DNA from: Eledone cirrhosa | Taxonomy: Eukaryota | Reading direction: 5' to 3' | Assembly: GCA_964016885.1 (NCBI GenBank) | Contig: OZ024741.1 | Coordinates: 415,400,001 to 415,464,000, forward strand | Length of the DNA stretch: 64,000 bases | In this document: positions 1 to 12,000 of the stretch, in pieces | Layout: the number at the start of each line of letters is the position of its first letter | How positions within the stretch are numbered: position 1 is the first letter of the stretch | Translations under genes and position numbers: made by a program | Notes under the pieces: model-generated | Told to the model about the DNA's origin: nothing | Seen by the model: the letters and a program-made list of their open reading frames with translations, nothing else | The model's database searches: none

Positions 1-58
1 TAACCCTTTAGTTACCAATCTGGTCAACACTAACCAGGACTATTATCTACAGTTGTCT
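1..58 (+). repeat. Representative 58-bp monomer (first complete copy)
   Basis: TAACCCTTTAGTTACCAATCTGGTCAACACTAACCAGGACTATTATCTACAGTTGTCT, next copy starts at 59. Confidence 0.98.
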
Positions 59-3000
59 TAACCCTTTAGTTACCAACCTGGTCAACACTAACCAGGACTA
101 TTACCTACAGTTGTCTTAACCCTTTAGTTACCAGTCTGGTCAACACTAACCAGGACTATTACCTACAGTTGTCTTAACACTTTAGTTACCAATCTGGTCA
201 ACACTGACCAGGACTATTACCTACAGTTCTCTTAACCCTTTAGTTACCAGCCTGGTCAACACTGACCAGCACTATTATCTACAGTGTCTTAACCCTTTGG
301 TTACCAACCTGGTCAACACTGACCAGCACTATTATGTACAGTTGTCGTAACCCTTTAGTTACCAACCTGGTCAACACTGACCAGGACTATTACCTACAGT
401 TGTCTTAACCCTTTAGTTACCAACCTGGTCAACACTGACCAGAACTATTAGCTACAGTTGTCTTAACCCTTTAGTTACCATCCTGGTCAACACTAACCAG
501 GACTATTACCTACAATTGTCTTAACCCTTTAGTTACCAACCTGGTCAACACTTACCAGGACTATTACCTACAGTTGTCTTAACCCTTTAGTTACAAACCT
601 GGTCAACAATAACCAGGACTATTACCTACAGTTGTCTTAACCCTTTAGTTACCAACCTGGTCAACACTGACCAGGACTATTACCTACAGTTGTCTTAACC
701 CTTTAGTTACTAACCTGGTCAACACTGACCAGGACTATTACCTACAGTTGTCTTAACCCTTTAGTTACCAACCTGGTCAACACTTACCAGGACTATTACC
801 TACAGTTGTCTTAACCCTTTAGTTACCAGTCTGGTCAACACTAACCAGGACTATTACCTACAGTTGTCTTAACCCTTTAGTTACCAGTCTGGTCAACACT
901 AACCAGGACTATTACCTACAGTTGTCTTAACACTTTAGTTACCAATCTGGTCAACACTGACCAGGACTATTACCTACAGTTCTCTTAATCCTTTAGTTAC
1001 CAGCCTGGTCAACACTGACCAGCACTATTATCTACAGTTGTCTTAACCCTTTGGTTACCAACCTGGTCAACACTGACCAGCACTATTATCTACAGTTGTC
1101 GTAACCCTTTAGTTACCAACCTGGTCAACACTGACCAGGACTATTACCTACAGTTGTCTTAACCCTTTAGTTACCAACCTGGTCAACACTAACCAGGACT
1201 ATTACCTACAGTTGTCTTAACCCTTTAGTTACCAACCTGGTCAACACTTACCAGGACTATTACCTACAGTTGTCTTAACCCTTTAGTTACAAACCTGGTC
1301 AACAATAACCAGGACTATTACCTACAGTTGTCTTAACCCTTTAGTTACCAACCTGGTCAACACTGACCAGGACTATTACCTACAGTTGTCTTAACCCTTT
1401 AGTTACTAACCTGGTCAACACTGACCAGGACTATTACCTACAGTTGTCCTAACCCTTTAGTTACCAATCTGGTCAACACTAACCAGGACTATTATCTACA
1501 GTTGTCTTAACCCTTTAGTTACCAACGTGGTCAACACTTACCAGGACTATTACCTACAGTTGTCTTAACCCTTTAGTTACCAACCTGGTCAACACTTACC
1601 AGGACTATTACCTACAGTTGTCTTAACTCTTTAGTTACAAACCTGGTCAACACTGACCAGGACTATTACCTACAGGTGTCTTAACCCTTTAGTTACTAAC
1701 CTGGTCAACACTGACCAGGACTATTATCTACAGTTGTCTTAACCCTTTAGTTACCAACCTGGTCAACACTTACCAGGACTATTACCTACAGTTGTCTTAA
1801 CCCTTTAGTTACCAACCTGGTCAACACTAACCAGGACTATTACTTACAGTTGTCTTAATCCTTTAGTTACCAGTCTGGTCAACACTAACCAGGACTATTA
1901 CCTACAGTTGTCTTAACACTTTAGTTACCAATCTGGTCAACACTGACCAGGACTATTACCTACAGTTCTCTTAACCCTTTAGTTACCAGCCCGGTCAACA
2001 CTGACCAGCACTATTATCTACAGTTGTCTTAACCCTTTGGTTACCAACCTGGTCAACACTGACGAGCACTATTATTTACAGTTGTCTTAACCCTTTAGTT
2101 ACCAACCTGGTCAACACTGACCAGGACTATTACCTACAGTTGTCTTAACCCTTTAGTTACCAACCTGGTCAACACTGACCAGAACTATTAGCTACTGTTG
2201 TCTTAACCCTTTAGTTACCAACCTGGTCAACACTAACCTGGACTATTACCTACAGTTGTCTTAACCCTTTAGTTACCAACCTGGTCAACACTTACCAGGA
2301 CTATTACCTACAGTTGTCTTAACCCTTTAGTTACAAACCTGGTCAACAATAACCAGGACTATTACCTACAGTTGTCTTAACCCTTTAGTTACCAACCTGG
2401 TCAACACTGACCAGGACTATTACCTACAGTTGTCTTAACCCTTTAGTTACTAACCTGGTCAACACTGACCAGGACTATTACCTACAGTTGTCTTAACCCT
2501 TTAGTTACCAACCTAGTCAACACTTACCAGGACTATTACCTACAGTTGTCTTAACCCTTTAGTTACCAACCTGGTCAACACTAACCAGGACTATTACCTA
2601 CAGTTGTCTTAACCCTTTAGTTACCAGTCTGGTCAACACTAACCAGGACTATTACCTACCGTTGTCTTAACACTTTAGTTACCAACCTGGTCAACACTGA
2701 CCAGGACTATTACCTACAGTTCTCTTAACCCTTTAGTTACCAGTCTGGTCAACACTGACCAGCACTATTATCTACAGTTGTCTTAACCCTTTAGTTACCA
2801 ACCTGGTCAACATTTACCAGGACTATTACCTACAGTTGTCTTAACCCTTTAGTTACCAACCTGGTCAACACTGACCAGGACTATTACCTACAGTTGTCTT
2901 AACCCTTTAGTTACCAACCTGGTCAACACTTACCAGGACTATTACCTACAGTTGTCTTAACCCTTTAGTTACCAACCTGGTCAACACTAACCAGGACTAT

Positions 3001-6000
3001 TACCTACAGGTGTCTTAACCCTTTAGTTACCAACCTGGTCAACACTAACCAGGACTATTACCTACAGTTGTCTTAACCCTTTAGTTACCAACCTGGTCAA
3101 CACTTACCAGGACTATTACCTACAGTTGTCTTAACCCTTTAGTTACAAACCTGGTCAATAATAACCAGGACTATTACCTACAGTTGTCTTAACCCTTTAG
3201 TTACCAACCTGGTCAAGACTGACCAGGACTATTACCTACAGTTGTCTTAACCCTTTAGTTACTAACCTGGTCAACACTGACCAGGACTATTACCTACAGT
3301 TGTCCTAACCCTTTAGTTACCAATCTGGTCAACACTAACCAGGACTATTATCTACAGTTGTCTTAACCCTTTAGTTACCAACCTGGTCAAAACTTACCAG
3401 GACTATTACCTACAGTTGTCTTAACCCTTTAGTTACCAACCTGGTCAACACTAACCAGGACTATTACCTACAGTTGTCTTAACCCTTTAGTTACCAGTCT
3501 GGTCAACACTAACCAGGACTATTACCTACAGTTGTCTTAACACTTTAGTTACCAATCTGGTCAACACTGACCAGGACTATTACCTACAGTTCTCTTAACC
3601 CTTTAGTTACCAGCCTGGTCAACACTGACCAGCACTATTATCTACAGTTGTCTTAACCCTTTGGTTACCAACCTGGTCAACACTGACCAGCACTATTATG
3701 TACAGTTGTCGTAACCCTTTAGTTACCAACCTGGTCAACACTGACCAGGACTATTACCTACAGTTGTCTTAACCCTTTAGTTACCAACCTGGTCAACACT
3801 GACCAGAACTATTAGCTACAGTTGTCTTAACCCTTTAGTTACCAACCTGGTCAACACTAACCAGGACTATTACCTACAGTTGTCTTAACCCTTTAGTTAC
3901 CAACCTGGTCAACACTTACCAGGACTATTACCTACAGTTGTCTTAACCCTTTAGTTACCAACCTGGTCAACACTGACCAGCACTATTACCTACAGTTGTC
4001 TTAACCCTTTAGTTACCAACCTGGTCAACACTGACCAGAACTATTACCTACAGTTGTCTTAACCCTTTAGTTACTAACCTGGTCAACACTGACCAGGACT
4101 ATTACCTACAGTTGTCTTAACCCTTTAGTTCCCAACCTGGTCAACACTTACCAGGACTATTACCTACAGTTGTCTTAACCCTTTAGTTACCAACCTGGTC
4201 AACACTAACCAGGACTATTACCTACAGTTGTCTTAACCCTTTAGTTACCAACCTGGTCAACACTAACCAGGACTATTACCTACAGTTGTCTTAACACTTT
4301 AGTTACCAATCTGGTCAACACTGACCAGGACTATTACCTACAGTTCTCTTAACCCTTTAGTTACCAGCCTGGTCAACACTGACCAGCACTATTATCTACA
4401 GTTGTCTTAACCCTTTGGTTACCAACCTGGTCAACACTGACCAGCACTATTATCTACAGTTGTCGTAACCCTTTAGTTACCAACCTGGTCAACACTGACC
4501 AGGACTATTACCTACAGTTGTCTTAACCCTTTAGTTACCAACCTGGTCAACACTGACCAGAACTATTAGCTACAGTTGTCTTAACCCTTTAGTTACCAAC
4601 CTAGTCAACACTAACCAGGACTATTACCTACAGTTGTCTTAACCCTTTAGTTACCAACCTGGTCAACACTTACCAGGACTATTACCTACAGTTGTCTTAA
4701 CCCTTTAGTTACAAACCTGGTCAACAATAACCAGGACTATTACCTACAGTTGTCTTAACCCTTTAGTTACCAACCTGGTCAACACTGACCAGGACTTACC
4801 TACAGTTGTCTTAACCCTTTAGTTACTAACCTGGTCAACACTGACCAGGACTATTACCTACAGTTGTCTTAACCCTTTAGTTACCAACCTGGTCAACACT
4901 TACCAGGACTATTACCTACAGTTGTCTTAACCCTTTAGTTACCAACCTGGTCAACACTAACCAGGACTATTACCTACAGTTGTCTTAACCCTTTAGTTAC
5001 CTGTCTGGTCAACACTAACCAGGACTATTACCTAGAGTTGTCTTAACACTTTAGTTACCAATCTGGTCAACACTGACCAGGACTATTACCTACAGTTCTC
5101 TTAACCCTTTAGTTACCAGCCTGGTCAACACTGACCAGCACTATTATCTACAGTTGTCTTAACCCTTTGGTTACCAACCTGGTCAACACTGACCAGCACT
5201 ATTATCTACAGTTGTCGTAACCCTTTAGTTACCAACCTGGTCAACACTGACCAGGACTATTACCTACAGTTGTCTTAACCCTTTAGTTACCAACCTGGTC
5301 AACACTAACCAGGACTATTACCTACAGTTGTCTTAACCCTTTAGTTACCAACCTGGTCAACACTTACCAGGACTATTACCTACTGTTGTCTTAACCCTTT
5401 AGTTACAAACCTGGTCAACAATAACCAGGACTATTACCTACAGTTGTCTTAACCCTTTAGTTACCAACCTGGTCAACACTGACCAGGACTATTACCTACA
5501 GTTGTCTTAACCCTTTAGTTACTAACCTGGTCAACACTGACCAGGACTATTACCTACAGTTGTCCTAACCCTTTAGTTACCAATCTGGTCAACACTAGCC
5601 AGGACTATTATCTACAGTTGTCTTAACCCTTTAGTTACCAACCTGGTCAACACTTACCAGGACTATTACCTACAGTTGTCTTAACCCTTTAGTTACCAAC
5701 CTGGTCAACACTTACCAGGACTATTACCTACAGTTGTCTTAACCCTTTAGATACAAACCTGGTCAACACTGACCAGGACTATTAGCTACAGGTGTCTTAA
5801 CCCTTTAGTTACTAACCTGGTCAACACTGACCAGGACTATTACCTACAGTTGTCCTAACCCTTTAGTTACCAATCTGGTCAACACTAACCAGAACTATTA
5901 TCTACAGTTGTCTTAACCCTTTAGTTACCAGTCTGGTCAACACTAACCAGGACTATTACCTACAGTTGTCTTAACAATTTAGTTACCAATCTGGTCAACA

Positions 6001-9000
6001 CTGACCAGGACTATTACCTACAGTTCTCTTAACCCTTTAGTTACCAGCCCGGTCAACACTGACCAGCACTATTATCTACAGTTGTCTTAACCCTTTGGTT
6101 ACCAACCTGGTCAACACTGACCAGCACTATTATGTACAGTTGTCTTAACCCTTTAGTTACCAACCTGGTCAACACTGACCAGGACTATTACCTACAGTTG
6201 TCTTAACCCTTTAGTTACCAACCTGCTCAACACTGACCAGAACTATTAGCTACAGTTGTCTTAACCCTTTAGTTACCAACCTGGTCAACACTAACCAGGA
6301 CTATTACCTACAGTTGTCTTAACCCTTTAGTTACCAACCTGGTCAACACTTACCAGGACTATTACCTACAGTTGTCTTAACCCTTTAGTTACAAACCTGG
6401 TCAACAATAACCAGGACTATTACCTACAGTTGTCTTAACCCTTTAGTTACCAACCTGGTCAACACTGACCAGGACTATTACCTACAGTTGTCTTAACCCT
6501 TTAGTTACTAACCTGGTCAACACTGACCAGGACTACTACCTACAGTTGTCTTAACCCTTTAGTTACCAACCTGGTCAACACTTACCAGGACTATTACCTA
6601 CAGTTGTCTTAACCCTTTAGTTACCAACCTGGTCAACACTAACCAGGACTATTACCTACACTTGTCTTAACCCTTTAGTTACCAGTCTGGTCAACACTAA
6701 CCAGGACTATTACCTACAGTTGTCTTAACACTTTAGTTACCAATCTGGTCAACACTGACCAGGACTATTACCTACAGTTCTCTTAACCCTTTAGTTACCA
6801 GCCTGGTCAACACTGACCAGCACTATTATCTACAGTTGTCTTAACACTTTGGTTACCAACCTGGTCAACACTGACCAGCACTATTATCTACAGTTGTCGT
6901 AACCCTTTAGTTACCAACCTGGTCAACACTGACCAGGACTATTACCTACAGTTGTCTTAACCCTTTAGTTACCAACCTGGTCAACACTTACCAGGACTAT
7001 TACCTACAGTTGTCTTAACCCTTTAGTTACCAACCTGCTCAACACTAACCAGGACTATTACCTACACTTGTCTTAACCCTTTAGTTACCAGTCTGGTCAA
7101 CACTAACCAGGACTATTACCTACAGTTGTCTTAACCCTTTAGTTACAAACCTGGTCAACAATAACCAGGACTATTACCTACAGTTGTCTTAACCCTTTAG
7201 TTACCAACCTGGTCAACACTGACCAGGACTATTACCTACAGTTGTCTTAACCCTTTAGTTACTAACCTGGTCAACACTGACCAGGACTATTACCTAGAGT
7301 TGTCCTAACCCTTTAGTTACCAATCTGGTCAACACTAACCAGGACTATTATCTACAGTTGTCTTAACCCTTTAGTTACCAACCTGGTCAACACTAACCAG
7401 GACTATTACCTACAGTTGTCTTAACCCTTTAGTTACCAGTCTGGTCAACACTAACCAGGACTATTACCTACAGTTGTCTTAACACTTTAGTTACCAATCT
7501 GGTCAACACTGACCAGGACTATTACCTACAGTTCTCTTAAGCCTTTAGTTACCAGCCTGGTCAACACTGACCAGCACTATTATCTACAGTGTCTTAACCC
7601 TTTGGTTACCAACCTGGTCAACACTGACCAGCACTATTATGTACAGTTGTCGTAACCCTTTAGTTACCAACCTGGTCAACACTGACCAGGACTATTACCT
7701 ACAGTTGTCTTAACCCTTTAGTTACCAACCTGGTCAACACTGACCAGAACTATTAGCTACAGTTGTCTTAACCCTTTAGTTACCATCCTGGTCAACACTA
7801 ACCAGGACTATTACCTACAATTGTCTTAACCCTTTAGTTACCAACCTGGTCAACACTTACCAGGACTATTACCTACAGTTGTCTTAACCCTTTAGTTACA
7901 AACCTGGTCAACAATAACCAGGACTATTACCTACAGTTGTCTTAACCCTTTAGTTACCAACCTGGTCAACACTGACCAGGACTATTACCTACAGTTGTCT
8001 TAACCCTTTAGTTACTAACCTGGTCAACACTGACCAGGACTATTACCTACAGTTGTCTTAACCCTTTAGTTACCAACCTGGTCAACACTTACCAGGACTA
8101 TTACCTACAGTTGTCTTAACCCTTTAGTTACCAGTCTGGTCAACACTAACCAGGACTATTACCTACAGTTGTCTTAACCCTTTAGTTACCAGTCTGGTCA
8201 ACACTAACCAGGACTATTACCTACAGTTGTCTTAACACTTTAGTTACCAATCTGGTCAACACTGACCAGGACTATTACCTACAGTTCTCTTAATCCTTTA
8301 GTTACCAGCCTGGTCAACACTGACCAGCACTATTATCTACAGTTGTCTTAACCCTTTGGTTACCAACCTGGTCAACACTGACCAGCACTATTATCTACAG
8401 TTGTCGTAACCCTTTAGTTACCAACCTGGTCAACACTGACCAGGACTATTACCTACAGTTGTCTTAACCCTTTAGTTACCAACCTGGTCAACACTAACCA
8501 GGACTATTACCTACAGTTGTCTTAACCCTTTAGTTACCAACCTGGTCAACACTTACCAGGACTATTACCTACAGTTGTCTTAACCCTTTAGTTACAAACC
8601 TGGTCAACAATAACCAGGACTATTACCTACAGTTGTCTTAACCCTTTAGTTACCAACCTGGTCAACACTGACCAGGACTATTACCTACAGTTGTCTTAAC
8701 CCTTTAGTTACTAACCTGGTCAACACTGACCAGGACTATTACCTACAGTTGTCCTAACCCTTTAGTTACCAATCTGGTCAACACTAACCAGGACTATTAT
8801 CTACAGTTGTCTTAACCCTTTAGTTACCAACGTGGTCAACACTTACCAGGACTATTACCTACAGTTGTCTTAACCCTTTAGTTACCAACCTGGTCAACAC
8901 TTACCAGGACTATTACCTACAGTTGTCTTAACTCTTTAGTTACAAACCTGGTCAACACTGACCAGGACTATTACCTACAGGTGTCTTAACCCTTTAGTTA

Positions 9001-12000
9001 CTAACCTGGTCAACACTGACCAGGACTATTACCTACAGTTGTCCTAACCCTTTAGTTACCAATCTGGTCAACACTAACCAGGACTATTATCTACAGTTGT
9101 CTTAACCCTTTAGTTACCAACCTGGTCAACACTTACCAGGACTATTACCTACAGTTGTCTTAACCCTTTAGTTACCAACCTGGTCAACACTAACCAGGAC
9201 TATTACTTACAGTTGTCTTAATCCTTTAGTTACCAGTCTGGTCAACACTAACCAGGACTATTACCTACAGTTGTCTTAACACTTTAGTTACCAATCTGGT
9301 CAACACTGACCAGGACTATTACCTACAGTTCTCTTAACCCTTTAGTTACCAGCCCGGTCAACACTGACCAGCACTATTATCTACAGTTGTCTTAACCCTT
9401 TGGTTACCAACCTGGTCAACACTGACGAGCACTATTATTTACAGTTGTCTTAACCCTTTAGTTACCAACCTGGTCAACACTGACCAGGACTATTACCTAC
9501 AGTTGTCTTAACCCTTTAGTTACCAACCTGGTCAACACTGACCAGAACTATTAGCTACTGTTGTCTTAACCCTTTAGTTACCAACCTGGTCAACACTAAC
9601 CTGGACTATTACCTACAGTTGTCTTAACCCTTTAGTTACCAACCTGGTCAACACTTACCAGGACTATTACCTACAGTTGTCTTAACCCTTTAGTTACAAA
9701 CCTGGTCAACAATAACCAGGACTATTACCTACAGTTGTCTTAACCCTTTAGTTACCAACCTGGTCAACACTGACCAGGACTATTACCTACAGTTGTCTTA
9801 ACCCTTTAGTTACTAACCTGGTCAACACTGACCAGGACTATTACCTACAGTTGTCCTAACCCTTTAGTTACCAATCTGGTCAACACTAGCCAGGACTATT
9901 ATCTACAGTTGTCTTAACCCTTTAGTTACCAACCTGGTCAACACTTACCAGGACTATTACCTACAGTTGTCTTAACCCTTTAGTTACCAACCTGGTCAAC
10001 ACTTACCAGGACTATTACCTACAGTTGTCTTAACCCTTTAGTTACAAACCTGGTCAACACTGACCAGGACTATTAGCTACAGGTGTCTTAACCCTTTAGT
10101 TACCAGCCTGGTCAACACTGACCAGGACTATTACCTACAGTTGTCTTAACCCTTTCCTTACCAACCTGGTCAACACTGACCAGAACTATTAGCTACAGTT
10201 GTCTTAACCCTTTAGTTACCAACCTGGTCAACACTAACCAGGACTATTACCTACAGTTGTCTTAACCCTTTAGTTACCAACCTGGTCAACACTTACCAGG
10301 ACTATTACCTACAGTTGTCTTAACCCTTTAGTTACAAACCTGGTCAACAATAACCAGGACTATTACCTACAGTTGTCTTAACCCTTTAGTTACCAACCTG
10401 GTCAACACTGACCAGGACTATTACCTACAGTTGTCTTAACCCTTTAGTTACTAACCTGGTCAACACTGACCAGCACTATTATCTACAGTTGTAACACTTT
10501 AGTTACCAACCTGGTCAACACTTACCAGGACTATTACCTACAGTTGTCTTAACCCTTTAGTTACCAACCTGGTCAACACGGACCAGGACTATTACCTACA
10601 GTTGTCGTAACCCTTTAGTTACCAACCCAGTCAACACTAACCAGGACTATTACCTACAGTTGTCTTAACCCTTTAGTTACCAACCTAGTCAACACTAACC
10701 AGGACTATTATCTACATTTTTCTTAACCGTTTAGTTACCAACCTGGTCAACACTGACCAGGACTATTACCTACAGTTGTCTTAACCCTTTAGTTACCAAC
10801 CTGGTCAACACTGACCTGGACTATTACCTACAGTTGTCTTAAACCTTTAGTTTCCAACCTGGTCAACACTGACCAGGAATATTACCTGCAGTTGTCTTAA
10901 CCCTTTAGTTACCAACCTGGTCAACACTGACCAGGACTATTGCCTAAAGTTGTCTTAACCCTTTAGTTAAGTTACCAACCTGGTCAATACTGACCAGAAC
11001 TATTACCTACAGTTGTCTTAACCCTTTAGTTACCAACCTGGTCAACACTGACCAGGACTATTACCTACAGTTGTCTTGACTCTTTAGTTTCCAACCTGGT
11101 CAACACTGACCAGGACTATTACCTACAGTTGTCTTAACCCTTTAGTTACCAGTCTGGTCAACCCTGACCAGCACTATTATCTACAGTTGTCTTAACACTT
11201 TAGTTACCACTCTGGTCAACACTGACCAGCACTATTATCTACAGTTGTCTTGACCCTTTATTTGCCAGTCTGGTCAACACTGACCAGGACTATTACCTAC
11301 AGTTGTCGTAACACTTTAGTTATCAACCTAGTCAACACTAACCAGGACTATTATCTACAGTTGTCGTAACACTTTAGTTACCAAATTGGTCAACACTTAC
11401 CAGGACTATTACCTACAGTTGTCTTAACCCTTTAGTTACCAACCTAGTCAACACTAACCAGGACTATTAACTACAGTTCTCTTAACCCTTTAGTTACCAG
11501 TCTGGTCAACACTGACCAGCACTATTATCTACAGTTGTCTTAACCCTTTGGTTACCAACCTGGTCAACACTAACCAGGACTATTATCTACAGTTGTCGTA
11601 ACACTTTAGTTACCAACCTGGTCAACACTTACCAGGACTATTACCTACAGTTGTCTTAACACTTTAGTTACCAACCTGGTCAACACTTACCAGGACTATT
11701 ACCTACAGTTGTCTTAACCCTTTAGTTACCAACCTGGTCAACACGGACCAGGACTATTATGTACAGTTGTCGTAACCCTTTAGTTACCAACCCAGTCAAC
11801 ACTAACCAGGACTATTACCTACAGTTGTGTTAACCCTTTAGTTACCAACCTAGTCAACACTAACCAGGACAATTAACTACAGTTGTCTTAACCCTTTAGT
11901 TACCAACCTGGTCAACATTGACCAGGACTATTACCTACAGTTGTCTTAACCCTTTAGTTACCAACCCAGTCAACACTAACCAGGATGATTAAATACAGTT

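Noticed and set aside
19-34. Similarity of TGGTCAACACTG to Drosophila core promoter Motif 1 (YGGTCACACTR) or to an estrogen response element
   Set aside because: Both need a 1-nt spacing change, and the organism is unknown. Not supportable as a regulatory site.
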